Of a DNA stretch of 64,000 bases, positions 1 to 8,774 are shown in pieces. The position numbers were made by a program, and so were the translations under genes. The notes beneath the pieces were generated by a model. The model saw nothing but the letters and a program-made list of their open reading frames with translations. It was not told the origin of the DNA and did not search any database. Source of the DNA: an uncultured Planctomycetia bacterium. Its GTDB lineage: Bacteria; 4484-113; JAGGVC01. How positions within the stretch are numbered: position 1 is the first letter of the stretch; the number at the start of each line of letters is the position of its first letter. The stretch is from positions 24,182 to 88,181 of the forward strand of contig CAYMAI010000006.1 of NCBI GenBank assembly GCA_964388445.1. The letters are read 5' to 3'.

Positions 1-11
1 CGCCGGGCGAC

Positions 12-1166
12 GTGGTAGTGGTATCGCATTTCGACCCGCACGGGCTGATTTCGCTGGCGCCGACCGTGCGAACGCTTAGCGAAAACGGTTTCACATATAA
101 AATCGTTTCGTCTTACGAAACGACCGGCGATTACGGCAGGCTTTGGAAAAACGTCATTCAGCGGCTGTACGCCGACGACGAAACCGGCGCGATCGTAATG
201 CTCGACTTATCGATCGACAGCAGGCATCCGGAAAGAAGCCGCGAATTCGCGGCGCGCGCCAACGCGGGGAAGAAACCGGTAATCTGGATAGACCATCACC
301 GGGATACTTTGATGGACGCAAACAATTTGGCCGGCGATATGGTTTCGCTGAGACTAAGCGGCGTGCTGGGGACGAATCTGGCGGACAAAATTGAAGAAAA
401 CGAAGTCGCCTTCCTGGCGGCCGGCGCGCTTTCGGACAAGGATACTTACGGGCTATGGGCTGCCGCCGAATGGCGAAAAGCCGGGAAACTAGGCAATCTT
501 CAGCATTTGCTTAACGGAATCGAAAAATCTCTCGACCTCGTCACTCCGCCCCACAAAGCGCTGCGAAAGGCGTTCAAAGCGGCCGATACGGACGCGTATG
601 CGCCGATGCGGGAGAAAATTATCGCCTGCGACGAAAGCTTCATCGCGGGACTCGGCGAGACGAGCGCCCGAAGGCCGCTCACTCTGGCGGACGTGTCGGC
701 GCCGCCGGAAAACGTAAAGGGCGTACCGGAGGCGGAAGAGGCATGGAATTCCCCGGGCGCGATGGGTTCCGCGCTTAGCCGGGATTCGCTTTCGGGCAAA
801 TGGGAAGTTCAGGGCAGAATGGTCGTATTTACGGACAGGCCGTCCACGGCGGGCCGGTTTTGGTATGATTTTCTCGAAGCCGCGATGGACGAATGCGGGC
901 TGGACGCGGAAGGCAGGCCGGTCTGTCCGTATGCCGCGGCGTTCAGGATTATCGAGGGCGGAGGCGCGAATTTGCTTTTTACAACGCATCATCGCGCGAC
1001 GCATGTGCCGGACGTGCGGCTGTTTTTGCCGAAGGAGCATCAAGACAGCTGGATTGGCCATTCGCGCGCGTTCTGGCTCGACGTGGAAACCGGAAGCGAA
1101 GGGAAACTTATATCTGCAGTGGCGAAAAAGGTTGCTAAGTTTATGAACGAAGTTTTTCCGGTGTAA
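12..1166 (+). CDS. DHH/DHHA1-type phosphoesterase-like protein, probably 5'-truncated by the window edge
   Basis: 384-aa ORF whose frame stays open back to nt 3. Motifs VVSHFDPHG (DHH motif I-like) and VIWIDHHRD (DHH motif III). C-terminal IGHSRAF resembles the DHHA1 GGH motif. Confidence 0.55.
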   Translation: MVVVSHFDPHGLISLAPTVRTLSENGFTYKIVSSYETTGDYGRLWKNVIQRLYADDETGAIVMLDLSIDSRHPERSREFAARANAGKKPVIWIDHHRDTLMDANNLAGDMVSLRLSGVLGTNLADKIEENEVAFLAAGALSDKDTYGLWAAAEWRKAGKLGNLQHLLNGIEKSLDLVTPPHKALRKAFKAADTDAYAPMREKIIACDESFIAGLGETSARRPLTLADVSAPPENVKGVPEAEEAWNSPGAMGSALSRDSLSGKWEVQGRMVVFTDRPSTAGRFWYDFLEAAMDECGLDAEGRPVCPYAAAFRIIEGGGANLLFTTHHRATHVPDVRLFLPKEHQDSWIGHSRAFWLDVETGSEGKLISAVAKKVAKFMNEVFPV

Positions 1167-1209
1167 CGGCAGAGGCTAAATCGCCGGAATGGGAGGAGGC
1201 TGTACGGAA

Positions 1210-2154
1210 ATGGGCAAGAGAAATTTAATAGCGGCTTTCGACGTGGGCGGAAGCGCAATCAAGGCCGGGATTATCCGCGGCGAGACCGGCGAATTCGCGG
1301 CGTACAGCGAAGCAATTTCCGCGAATTCCGACTCGGCCGAGGGATTCGTAAAATCATTGCCCGGTGCGTTGGCGGAACTTGTAAAGACGTGCGGCGAGAC
1401 CGGAGTCGATGCGGTCGGAATAAGCGTGGCGGGGATGTGCAGCGGCGGGCGGGTAATCGAAGCGCCGAACCTGAAGTGGTTCGACTATCCCCTCGTCGAG
1501 GCGGCTAAAGAGGCGCTTGACAACGCCGGAATGCACGCGAAAGTTGCGATGGAAAACGACGCGGACTGCTTTACGCTGGGCGAAACTCTTTACGGAACGG
1601 CGCGCGGAATTGACAGCGTGCTCGGAATTACGATGGGTACGGGCATCGGCGGCGGTTTCGTCAAAGGGGGAAACCTTTTCCGCGGCGGGATGGGATATAC
1701 CATAGAGCCGGGCCACGTAAAAGTGAACTACGACCTGGACACGCTGCCGTGCAGCTGCGGCGCGAGGTATTGTCTGGAAGCGGGGACGGGCGCGCGGGGA
1801 ATCGTCCATCTTTACCGGGTGTACGAGGGCGACGCGCCGGAGGACATTACAGTGGAGGATATTTTCGCGCGCGCCGACGCGGGAGACGAAATAGCGGAAA
1901 AAACTTTCAGGCGCGTGGGCCGCAGGCTCGGAATCGGGCTTGCCGGGCTGTGCAATCTTTTAAATCCCGAAGCGGTAGTAATCGGAGGCGGCGTTTCGAA
2001 AGCGCGCAAGTTCATAGAGCCGATGCTTCGGGCGACGCTGGAGTCCGAAACTCTCGTGAGTATTCGCGGAAACGCGGTGCTGCTTTGGAGCGAGCTTTTG
2101 AGCAAGGCGAATCTACTAGGCGCGGCGAAGGCGGCGATGGCAGGCAATACTTAA
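1210..2154 (+). CDS. ROK family sugar kinase (glucokinase-like)
   Basis: N-terminal ATPase motif AAFDVGGSAIKAG and ROK Cys motif CSCGARYCLEAG. SD GGGAGGAGG at 1191-1199 lies 10 nt upstream of the ATG at 1210, so I prefer that to the ORF-track start at 1189. Confidence 0.85.
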   Translation: MGKRNLIAAFDVGGSAIKAGIIRGETGEFAAYSEAISANSDSAEGFVKSLPGALAELVKTCGETGVDAVGISVAGMCSGGRVIEAPNLKWFDYPLVEAAKEALDNAGMHAKVAMENDADCFTLGETLYGTARGIDSVLGITMGTGIGGGFVKGGNLFRGGMGYTIEPGHVKVNYDLDTLPCSCGARYCLEAGTGARGIVHLYRVYEGDAPEDITVEDIFARADAGDEIAEKTFRRVGRRLGIGLAGLCNLLNPEAVVIGGGVSKARKFIEPMLRATLESETLVSIRGNAVLLWSELLSKANLLGAAKAAMAGNT

Positions 2155-2163
2155 AGTATTTGG

Positions 2164-2877
2164 ATGGGAAATTCAATGGACTTATACGACGATTTTGAGG
2201 CCGAGGCGCTCGATTCTGAAAAGTGGCAGATTGCGGCCGCGCCGATGGGCGAGGGCACGTTCTGGCACTGGCGCGACGAAAAGGCGAGCGTCGCGTGCGG
2301 CGGCGGGCGCGTGGAAATCGACATCCCGCAGTTCACCGCGCATCACGACTTCGTGCAGATTTTCGACAATCCGAAATAGCTATATCTTGCGAGGCGCAGC
2401 TGGGAAACCGGTCGCGGGCCGGTAAGGTTCGCGACGAAAATGGCGGCGGAACTTGCCGGCGGAAATCCCGACGATTATCGCGACGGTTTTTCCGCGTTCA
2501 ACGTGCTCGACTTCGAAAGCGCGCTGGTATTCGACATAATCTCGAACGGGCACAAAGTTTGGGCGATTTACGAGCGCCTGCTCATCCCCGGCGTCACATC
2601 GGAGAGCGAGGCGTTTACGAACGTCATCGACCTCGAAGTTGCGACCGCGCCGATGTGCGACCACGAGTGCGAGGTGGAGTATGACGCGGAAGGCGCGGCG
2701 GTAAGATATTTCGTGGACGGCGCGGAAAAGCTGAAAATTACCGGAGTGCCGGCGCGGGCGAATCGGCTGACGTGCGGATTCGGAATAATCACGCTTCATC
2801 CGATAGAAAGCGGAATGAGCGTAAGCTGCCGCGGCCAAGGGTTAAAGGCAAGTTGGGCCGCATTTTTTGCCGGGTAG
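2164..2877 (+). pseudogene. DUF6081-like single-domain gene interrupted by one in-frame TAG (2377-2379)
   Basis: ORFs 2164..2379 and 2440..2877 share a reading frame. Only one stop, TAG, separates them, followed by 20 sense codons. The joined product reads ...HHDFVQIFDNPK*LYLARRSWETG...NPDDYRDGFSAFNVLD. Confidence 0.55.
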
Positions 2878-2884
2878 CATAAAG

Positions 2885-3172
2885 ATGACTGAATTTCCTC
2901 GGCTGATCTTTCGAGAACATGCTTTTTTTCGGATGACGGATCGCGGGATTTCACACGATCAGGTCCTCTCCGTCATTGAAAATGGTGATTGTATAGAAGA
3001 TTATCCCGAAGCGTTTCCATTTCCGGCCAAACTCCTTTTCAAGAAATTCGGCGATAGGCCAATTCATGTGGTTATAGCCGAGAATAAACGAGAAAATGAG
3101 GTTATAATAATAACTGTCTACGAAGCCGATTCTGACCGGTGGGTTGAAGATTACAGGAGGCGTCGAAATTGA
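2885..3172 (+). CDS. DUF4258 domain protein (putative toxin of a type II TA pair)
   Basis: Motifs FREHAFFRMTDRGIS, IEDYPEAFPFPAKLL, PIHVVIA and VIIITVYEADSDRW match the DUF4258 pattern. The stop overlaps the downstream start (TTGA). The start could instead be 2867. Confidence 0.75.
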   Translation: MTEFPRLIFREHAFFRMTDRGISHDQVLSVIENGDCIEDYPEAFPFPAKLLFKKFGDRPIHVVIAENKRENEVIIITVYEADSDRWVEDYRRRRN

Positions 3173-3399
3173 TTTGTGTGATTTGCGGTAAGGGCGAGAC
3201 TGAACCCGGGTTCAAATCCGTGGTTTTTGACGAGGGCGGTCCCGTCACGGTTGTGCGCGAAGTTCCGGCGCAAATCTGCAAAGTCTGCGGGGAAGCATAT
3301 TTCGACAGCGAAACGACAAAAGCCCTTCTCGATGCCGCCAAACACCCGGTCGAAAAAGGCGTCGAATTCACGATACGAAAGTTTTCCTTGTCAAAATAA
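3169..3399 (+). CDS. YgiT/MqsA-type zinc-finger protein (putative antitoxin)
   Basis: 76 aa with CxxC...CxxC (CVICG ... CKVCGEAYF). TTG start overlaps the DUF4258 stop by 4 nt. Confidence 0.75.
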   Translation: MICVICGKGETEPGFKSVVFDEGGPVTVVREVPAQICKVCGEAYFDSETTKALLDAAKHPVEKGVEFTIRKFSLSK

Positions 3400-3404
3400 C
3401 AATT

Positions 3405-4928
3405 TTAAGCACGTTTTTCTATCATCCGTATCAGGTCGTTGAAAATATAGTTGTGGAACGGCAGGAAAAGATACCAGTAAAACCTGCCCATCCAGCCGAA
3501 CGAATCGAAGTATGCCGTGACTGAGAACCGCCGCTCGATTCCTTCCTGCGTAATCGAAAACTCAAGCCATGCGCGGCCGGGAACTTTCATTTCGGCGCGA
3601 AGCAAAAGCCGCTCGTTTTCGCGCAAATCTTCGACGCGCCAAAAATCGATTACGTCGCCGGCGGCGAGGGTTGAGGCGCTTCTTCTTCCGCGCGCCGTGC
3701 CGACGCCCAAGATCAGTTTGTCAATCATTCCGCGTATGCGCCAAAGAAAACTGGAATGAAACCAGCCCTTCTTGCCGCCCACCGCGCAAAACGACCGGAA
3801 CAGCGCGCCCGCGGGCTTGCCCGTGACGAGCGAATACGACGCGACGAAATCGGGCTTGCCGTCTAGTTCGTGCAACTTAAGCGCGAGTTCGTGCGCGGGA
3901 GGATAGGCGTCCGACCAGCGCGTGGCGACTCTGTCCTGCTGTTCGCGGGTCAGCGCGCGAACGGCGGCTTCGCGAAATCCCAGCGGTTTAAAGGGAACGA
4001 ATCTCGTTATTTCGTCGCTTTTGCAAACGACTTCGTCGCGCAAGCCCTCCATCAGGCATTGCACTATTTGCCTCGGCACGGGCGTTATTAGACTTGCGAT
4101 GTACGAATTCAAACGAACGCTCGAAAGCGGAAACGGGAGAAACAAAACCTTTTTGCGAAGTACGGCGGCGAATTTGCGCAAGACGGCTTCGTAGGTGAGC
4201 ACATCCAATCCCCCGACGTCGAACATCTGCGCTTTCGTTACCGGAGTTTCGAGCACGCCGACGAGATATTTGATTACGTCGCGCACTCCGATGGGCTGGC
4301 AGCGGTTGCGCGCTAGCGGCGGAAGGACTATTAGCTTCATCCGGTTCACGAGGCCGTAGATGATTTCGTACGACGCGCTGCCGGAGCCGATGATTATTCC
4401 GGCTCGAAGAGTGGTGACGGGAACGTTTCCCGCGCTGAGCGCCTCGGCCACGCGCATGCGGTTGCGCAGGTGGAGCGAGCGGCTTTGGAGCGAATCGCCG
4501 AGACCGCCGAGATAAATGATTCGTTTTACGCCGGCTTCTTCGGCGGCGTCGCGGAAGTTTTCCGCCGCCTTTATGTCCGCCCGCTCGAAACCGTCCGGGC
4601 CGAGCAGGAGAGAGTGAATCAGATAATACGCCGCATAAACGCCGTCGAGAGCGGGCCGGAGGCTGTCTATGTCGAGCGCGTCGGCCTCGACGACGTCCAT
4701 TCCCTTCCACTTTTCGCGCGCCGCTTCAAGGTCGCCGCGAACCATCAGCCGAAGTTTGTAGCCGCGTTCGTGTAGTTCCGGAACGAGCCTGCCGCCGATG
4801 TATCCCGACGCGCCGGTAACGAGAATGGTGCCGAGTTCCGGCATCGGTTCGGACGGAAGATCCCGGCAGAGAAGCCCGCCGAGGTATTTTTTCTTCCATG
4901 CTTTTTTATGTTTTTTGTGGGACGGCAT
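3405..4928 (-). CDS. NAD(P)H-binding SDR-family protein with C-terminal DUF2867-like domain
   Basis: Rossmann motif ILVTGASGYIGG. C-terminal DFWRVEDL...LLLRAEMKVPGRAWLEFSI matches the DUF2867 pattern. The start could be the internal Met at 4844. Confidence 0.8.
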   Translation of the reverse strand: MPSHKKHKKAWKKKYLGGLLCRDLPSEPMPELGTILVTGASGYIGGRLVPELHERGYKLRLMVRGDLEAAREKWKGMDVVEADALDIDSLRPALDGVYAAYYLIHSLLLGPDGFERADIKAAENFRDAAEEAGVKRIIYLGGLGDSLQSRSLHLRNRMRVAEALSAGNVPVTTLRAGIIIGSGSASYEIIYGLVNRMKLIVLPPLARNRCQPIGVRDVIKYLVGVLETPVTKAQMFDVGGLDVLTYEAVLRKFAAVLRKKVLFLPFPLSSVRLNSYIASLITPVPRQIVQCLMEGLRDEVVCKSDEITRFVPFKPLGFREAAVRALTREQQDRVATRWSDAYPPAHELALKLHELDGKPDFVASYSLVTGKPAGALFRSFCAVGGKKGWFHSSFLWRIRGMIDKLILGVGTARGRRSASTLAAGDVIDFWRVEDLRENERLLLRAEMKVPGRAWLEFSITQEGIERRFSVTAYFDSFGWMGRFYWYLFLPFHNYIFNDLIRMIEKRA

Positions 4929-5013
4929 TTTTCAAGCGGAGTTAAATTTAAAACGGCAACGACAAAACGGGCGGCGCAACTTGCGAAACACTTGCCGCGG
5001 CGGGACAGGAAAA

Positions 5014-6477
5014 CTACTTGCCGATGCAGAAGCCGCTGAAAATCTCGCCGAATAGGTCTGCCAAAACTTCGCGCCCCGTAATCGCGCCGAGTTCCTTCAT
5101 CGCGTCCGCGAGGTCGATGACTGCGAGGTCGGACGGCACGCCCATCCGTAGGGATTCGGACGCGGTTTTTAGCGCGGCGCGCGCGTTTTCGACGTGTGCG
5201 CGATGCCGGTCCGTAATCAGCACGCGGTCGAGCGTGTCAATCGGGGCGAGGTTTTCAGACAGCCATTCGCGCAGCTTGCCGGCGGTCAACGCGTCGTGCG
5301 CGCATGTCATGAAAACGTGAAAGGATGCGGGAAGTTTTAAGATTTCCCGCGCCAGTTCCTTCGCGGCTTCCGCCGGAATAAGGTCTATTTTATTGAAAAC
5401 GATTATGAGTTTTTGTCTTTCGGAAACCGCCGGCGCGCCATGAATCGCATCGTGCAAGTCCGTGGTTTTCGACGAATCGATTACGTAAAGAACGGCGTCC
5501 GCATCGGCGAGCATTTTTCGCGAACGCTCGACGCCTTTCGATTCGACGCGCTCCGCGTCGTCGCGAAGCCCGGCGGTGTCGATTAGCGTAATCGCAGCCT
5601 TGTCCCAGCCGAGCGCGAGTTCGAGATAATCGCGAGTAGTGCCCGGCTCCGCGTCGGTGAGCGCGCGGTCGAAGCCCGCGAGCGCGTTGAACAGGCTGGA
5701 TTTCCCCACGTTCGGCGCGCCGGCGAGAACGACGCGAAGCCCTTCGCGGATTTGCTTGGCAGAATCGTGAAACCGGATTAGCTCGTTCATTTCGCGCAGG
5801 ATTTCAGCGATTACGGTTCTCATATCTTCGCGCTGCGCCTCGTCCGAAACAGGCGCCTCCGCGTGCGCGCGACCCGCGCCCGGATCTGCGTAGCTTACGT
5901 CGCTGGTTTCGCCGGGATAGTCGAACACGACTTCGAGCGCGGCGCGCATCCTGATCAGCCTGGCGTACCATTCTTCGACGCGCTCGCGAAGGCCGCCGGA
6001 AAGCATGTTGCGGGCGAGCGAAAGCTCGGCGCGGCTTCTCGCGGCAATCAGTTCCTGAACGGCTTCCGCTTGAGTAAGGTCGAGCTTGCCGCCGAAAAAT
6101 GCACGGCTCGTGAATTCGCCGGGCGCGGCGAGCCTGGCGCCCAGCGAAACGCAAATTTCCACGATTTCGCGGCCTATAAGCGGATTGCCGTGTATCGAAA
6201 ACTCGACCATGTCTTCGCCCGTGTAACTGCGCGGAGCGCGATACCAGATGGAAATGCACTCGTCAATGAGCGCGCCGCCGCCGGGCTTTTTAAGACGCGT
6301 GTGGAAAGCGCGCGGTTCGGCGAAATCGCAATCCGGCTTGGGGGAACGGGAAGTCATGGCGGAAGCAATTTTATGTGAATCCGGGCCACTTAGCCTGACC
6401 ATTCCGAGCGCGGATGCCGCCGCCGCGCCTGCCCAAGCGACGATCGTGTCTTCTCCCGGTTGTGAAATTCCCGCCAT
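5014..6477 (-). CDS. mnmE: tRNA modification GTPase MnmE
   Basis: G1 motif GAPNVGKSSLFNAL, DTAGLR, NKIDL, and the family-specific C-terminal CIGK. Confidence 0.93.
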   Translation of the reverse strand: MAGISQPGEDTIVAWAGAAAASALGMVRLSGPDSHKIASAMTSRSPKPDCDFAEPRAFHTRLKKPGGGALIDECISIWYRAPRSYTGEDMVEFSIHGNPLIGREIVEICVSLGARLAAPGEFTSRAFFGGKLDLTQAEAVQELIAARSRAELSLARNMLSGGLRERVEEWYARLIRMRAALEVVFDYPGETSDVSYADPGAGRAHAEAPVSDEAQREDMRTVIAEILREMNELIRFHDSAKQIREGLRVVLAGAPNVGKSSLFNALAGFDRALTDAEPGTTRDYLELALGWDKAAITLIDTAGLRDDAERVESKGVERSRKMLADADAVLYVIDSSKTTDLHDAIHGAPAVSERQKLIIVFNKIDLIPAEAAKELAREILKLPASFHVFMTCAHDALTAGKLREWLSENLAPIDTLDRVLITDRHRAHVENARAALKTASESLRMGVPSDLAVIDLADAMKELGAITGREVLADLFGEIFSGFCIGK

Positions 6478-6508
6478 CGCTTAAAGTTTATCAGAAGGCG
6501 GGCTGAAA

Positions 6509-7648
6509 CTACGGCAGCAAGGCTGGCTCGACGTCGGGATGCGCCGCGTACCAAGCGCCGTAGAACGAATAGAATACGAAGTCGAGCCCGGCGAAACCTT
6601 CGCCGCCGATAGCGAGAAACTCCGGTTCGTACGCCGATGAAGGCGGAACGTATTTCGCATCGAGCAATAGCCCGCCGATTGTTATCTTGGTTTCGTACGG
6701 CTGAAAATCGTCTCCGCCCGGATTTTGAACGAAGTAACATGCGGTTTCGCCGCCCGCGCCGATAATCGCAATGCGGGTTTTCCAATTTGCGCCGCCGCCT
6801 TCGGGCATCGGCGAAACCGGGAATCTAAGTTTGTCGGTAGCGAAATAGGTCTGATACGGATTCGCCGAATAATTTTCCTTCGATTTCGGGTCGCCCGCAA
6901 TCATTCCGGTATCGGGATGTTCCGCCAGCCAGTCGCCCCAGCGCACGAGTTTTGCGGGAAGCGCCGTAAGCGGCGTGCCCGCCATAGGGCCGGATATCGC
7001 CCGCATTTCGAGCTGTCCCCAAAGACTTTCCTCTGGCTCGCTTCCCCGGCGGTCGAACATTACGAGATTCGAGTTGTATAAAAGGCCGCTGACCCCGAAT
7101 TCCAGAGTATCGCCACCGGCGCGCCTGTCGAAAACAACCGCGCTGTCGCATAGCGGGCTGTACGTAACGGCGATGGGCACGCCGCCGAGCGTGTCGTTCG
7201 CGATTTCGTGCCAATTCAAAAACCGGATTGGATATGCGCGCGCTTCGCCGCCGATTTCGACGCCGATAACGCGGTCGGAGGGGATTACGAATTTCGTATG
7301 TTCCCGCCGCCGCTGTTTTTTGTTGAGCGCGGCGACCTCGGCGCCGGGAACCGTGTCAGGATTTACGAGCGCGACAAGCCCGTCTTTCGGAAGCCCGCTT
7401 AAAACGAGAAGTTCGCGGTCGCCCTTAAAATTCGACACGTCGAAGCCGCGCGGCCCCGACTCGGACATAAGTTCGCCGAGCGGCTTGACTTCGCCCGTGA
7501 AAATCGGCAGAAGCAGCCTAATCAGTATCGCCAGCGAAAAAAGCGTGAATGCGACGATATACCAAGATAGGTCGCGCCAGCGGATTTTGAGGTTGGAAGG
7601 GCCGAGCACTTCGCCCGCGCCGCTTGTTTTTCCGCCGTTGTCGGTCAT
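6509..7648 (-). CDS. DUF3179 domain membrane-anchored protein
   Basis: N-terminal TM helix. VTYSPLCDSAVVFDRR and FGVSGLLYNSNLVMFDR...SLWGQ match the DUF3179 pattern. Confidence 0.75.
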   Translation of the reverse strand: MTDNGGKTSGAGEVLGPSNLKIRWRDLSWYIVAFTLFSLAILIRLLLPIFTGEVKPLGELMSESGPRGFDVSNFKGDRELLVLSGLPKDGLVALVNPDTVPGAEVAALNKKQRRREHTKFVIPSDRVIGVEIGGEARAYPIRFLNWHEIANDTLGGVPIAVTYSPLCDSAVVFDRRAGGDTLEFGVSGLLYNSNLVMFDRRGSEPEESLWGQLEMRAISGPMAGTPLTALPAKLVRWGDWLAEHPDTGMIAGDPKSKENYSANPYQTYFATDKLRFPVSPMPEGGGANWKTRIAIIGAGGETACYFVQNPGGDDFQPYETKITIGGLLLDAKYVPPSSAYEPEFLAIGGEGFAGLDFVFYSFYGAWYAAHPDVEPALLP

Positions 7649-7680
7649 TTCGTCCTCGGTGCGGCAAGTTTCGCCGCGAG

Positions 7681-8670
7681 TTAATCCCGGACGAATTTTT
7701 CGGCTGCCGCACGCGTATTATATTCTCCCAATGCCGCGGTCATCGAATCGCCGCGTGCATGCGCAGGATTAACGAGCATCAAAACGAGCAGAATCGAAAG
7801 GTATAGAATGCTCGCCGCGAAAAGCGCCCGAGCGAATTTCGGCGTGCGCTTCACCAGAAAAACCGCGCCGGCAGCCGCGAGAGAAACGCCGAGGATTACG
7901 CTGCCGACCGCAAAGATCGTACCGAGATAGCCGCCCGCGGTGAGTGCGAGCGCGAGCGGGATGAGCGCAAGGCTGTATAAAATCGACATTTGCGCGGTCT
8001 GCAGCCCGGACGAGTCCGTAAGCGAGAGCATTTTGAAACCGCCCCGTGCGTAATCGTCGCGATATAGCCATGACAGGGACAGGAAATGGGGAATCTGCCA
8101 AATAAAAAGAATCGCGAAAAGCACGATGCCGCCGAAACCGGCCTCGCCAGTGGCCGCCGTCCAGCCCATGAGCGGGGGAATCGCGCCGCTTACCGCGCCG
8201 GCGAATGTGGAAAACGGCGAGGTTTTTTTCATCGGCGTGTAGATGAAAACGTACACGAGGATGCTCGTTAGCGAGAGCGCGGCGGTAAGCGTGTTCACGA
8301 AAAAGAACAGAATCGCCACGCCGAGAGCGGAAAGCGCCATCGCCGCCGCGTATGCCTGGCGCGGGACGATGCGCCGGGTGGGGAGCGGGCGGCCGCCGGT
8401 GCGCTTCATCAGCGAGTCTTCGTGCGCTTCGAGCCATTGGTTGAACGCGTTCGCGCCGCCGGCGGAAAGAGCGGTGCCGAGCAAGGCGACCGCCAAAAGC
8501 GGGATGTTAAGAGCGCCGCGGCTTGCGATAACGAAACCGGCGAGCGTCGTAAAGACGACGAGCGCGGTGAGCCTGAACTTCGAAAGCTCGAGTACGACGC
8601 CGGGCGTGAGCGTGCGTGCGCCATCGGGCGCGGTGGATTTCAAAGCACTGGTTTTCTGACCGGTATTCAA
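7681..8670 (-). CDS. ctaB: protoheme IX farnesyltransferase (heme O synthase)
   Basis: UbiA-family motifs NQWLEAHEDSLMKRTGGRPLP and WQIPHFLSLSW. Polytopic membrane protein. The TTG start at 8670 has no obvious SD, so the start is uncertain. Confidence 0.88.
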   Translation of the reverse strand: MNTGQKTSALKSTAPDGARTLTPGVVLELSKFRLTALVVFTTLAGFVIASRGALNIPLLAVALLGTALSAGGANAFNQWLEAHEDSLMKRTGGRPLPTRRIVPRQAYAAAMALSALGVAILFFFVNTLTAALSLTSILVYVFIYTPMKKTSPFSTFAGAVSGAIPPLMGWTAATGEAGFGGIVLFAILFIWQIPHFLSLSWLYRDDYARGGFKMLSLTDSSGLQTAQMSILYSLALIPLALALTAGGYLGTIFAVGSVILGVSLAAAGAVFLVKRTPKFARALFAASILYLSILLVLMLVNPAHARGDSMTAALGEYNTRAAAEKFVRD

Positions 8671-8694
8671 GACAATCTATATACCATCGAAGTC

Positions 8695-8723
8695 TCGAGA
8701 TAACGAGTTGAGAGGAATATAAT
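8695..8723 (+). promoter_or_regulatory. candidate sigma-70 promoter for ctaA
   Basis: Perfect -10 TATAAT at 8718-8723 with TCGAGA (4/6 match to TTGACA) 17 nt upstream, in the AT-rich ctaB/ctaA divergent gap. Confidence 0.3.
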
Positions 8724-8774
8724 CCCAAATCCTTCATTGCGCTATGATTACGATGTTTATCTCGGGAGCGGGCG

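Noticed and set aside
2377-2379. The idea that this organism reassigns stop codons, prompted by the in-frame TAG in the DUF6081-like gene and the in-frame TAA between ftsE and ftsX.
   Set aside because: TAG and TAA terminate many well-delimited genes here at the expected family lengths: mnmE, ctaA, pstS and phoU with TAG; phoB, phoR and pstCAB with TAA. The standard code fits the window.
3988-4710. Arg-rich alternative-frame ORFs, for example 3988..4710(-), 14024..14878(+), 21656..22294(-), 53486..54370(-), 28744..29622(-).
   Set aside because: They are out-of-frame overlaps of real genes. Their extreme Arg/Pro/Gly content is expected from frame-shifted GC-rich codons, and there is no independent support.
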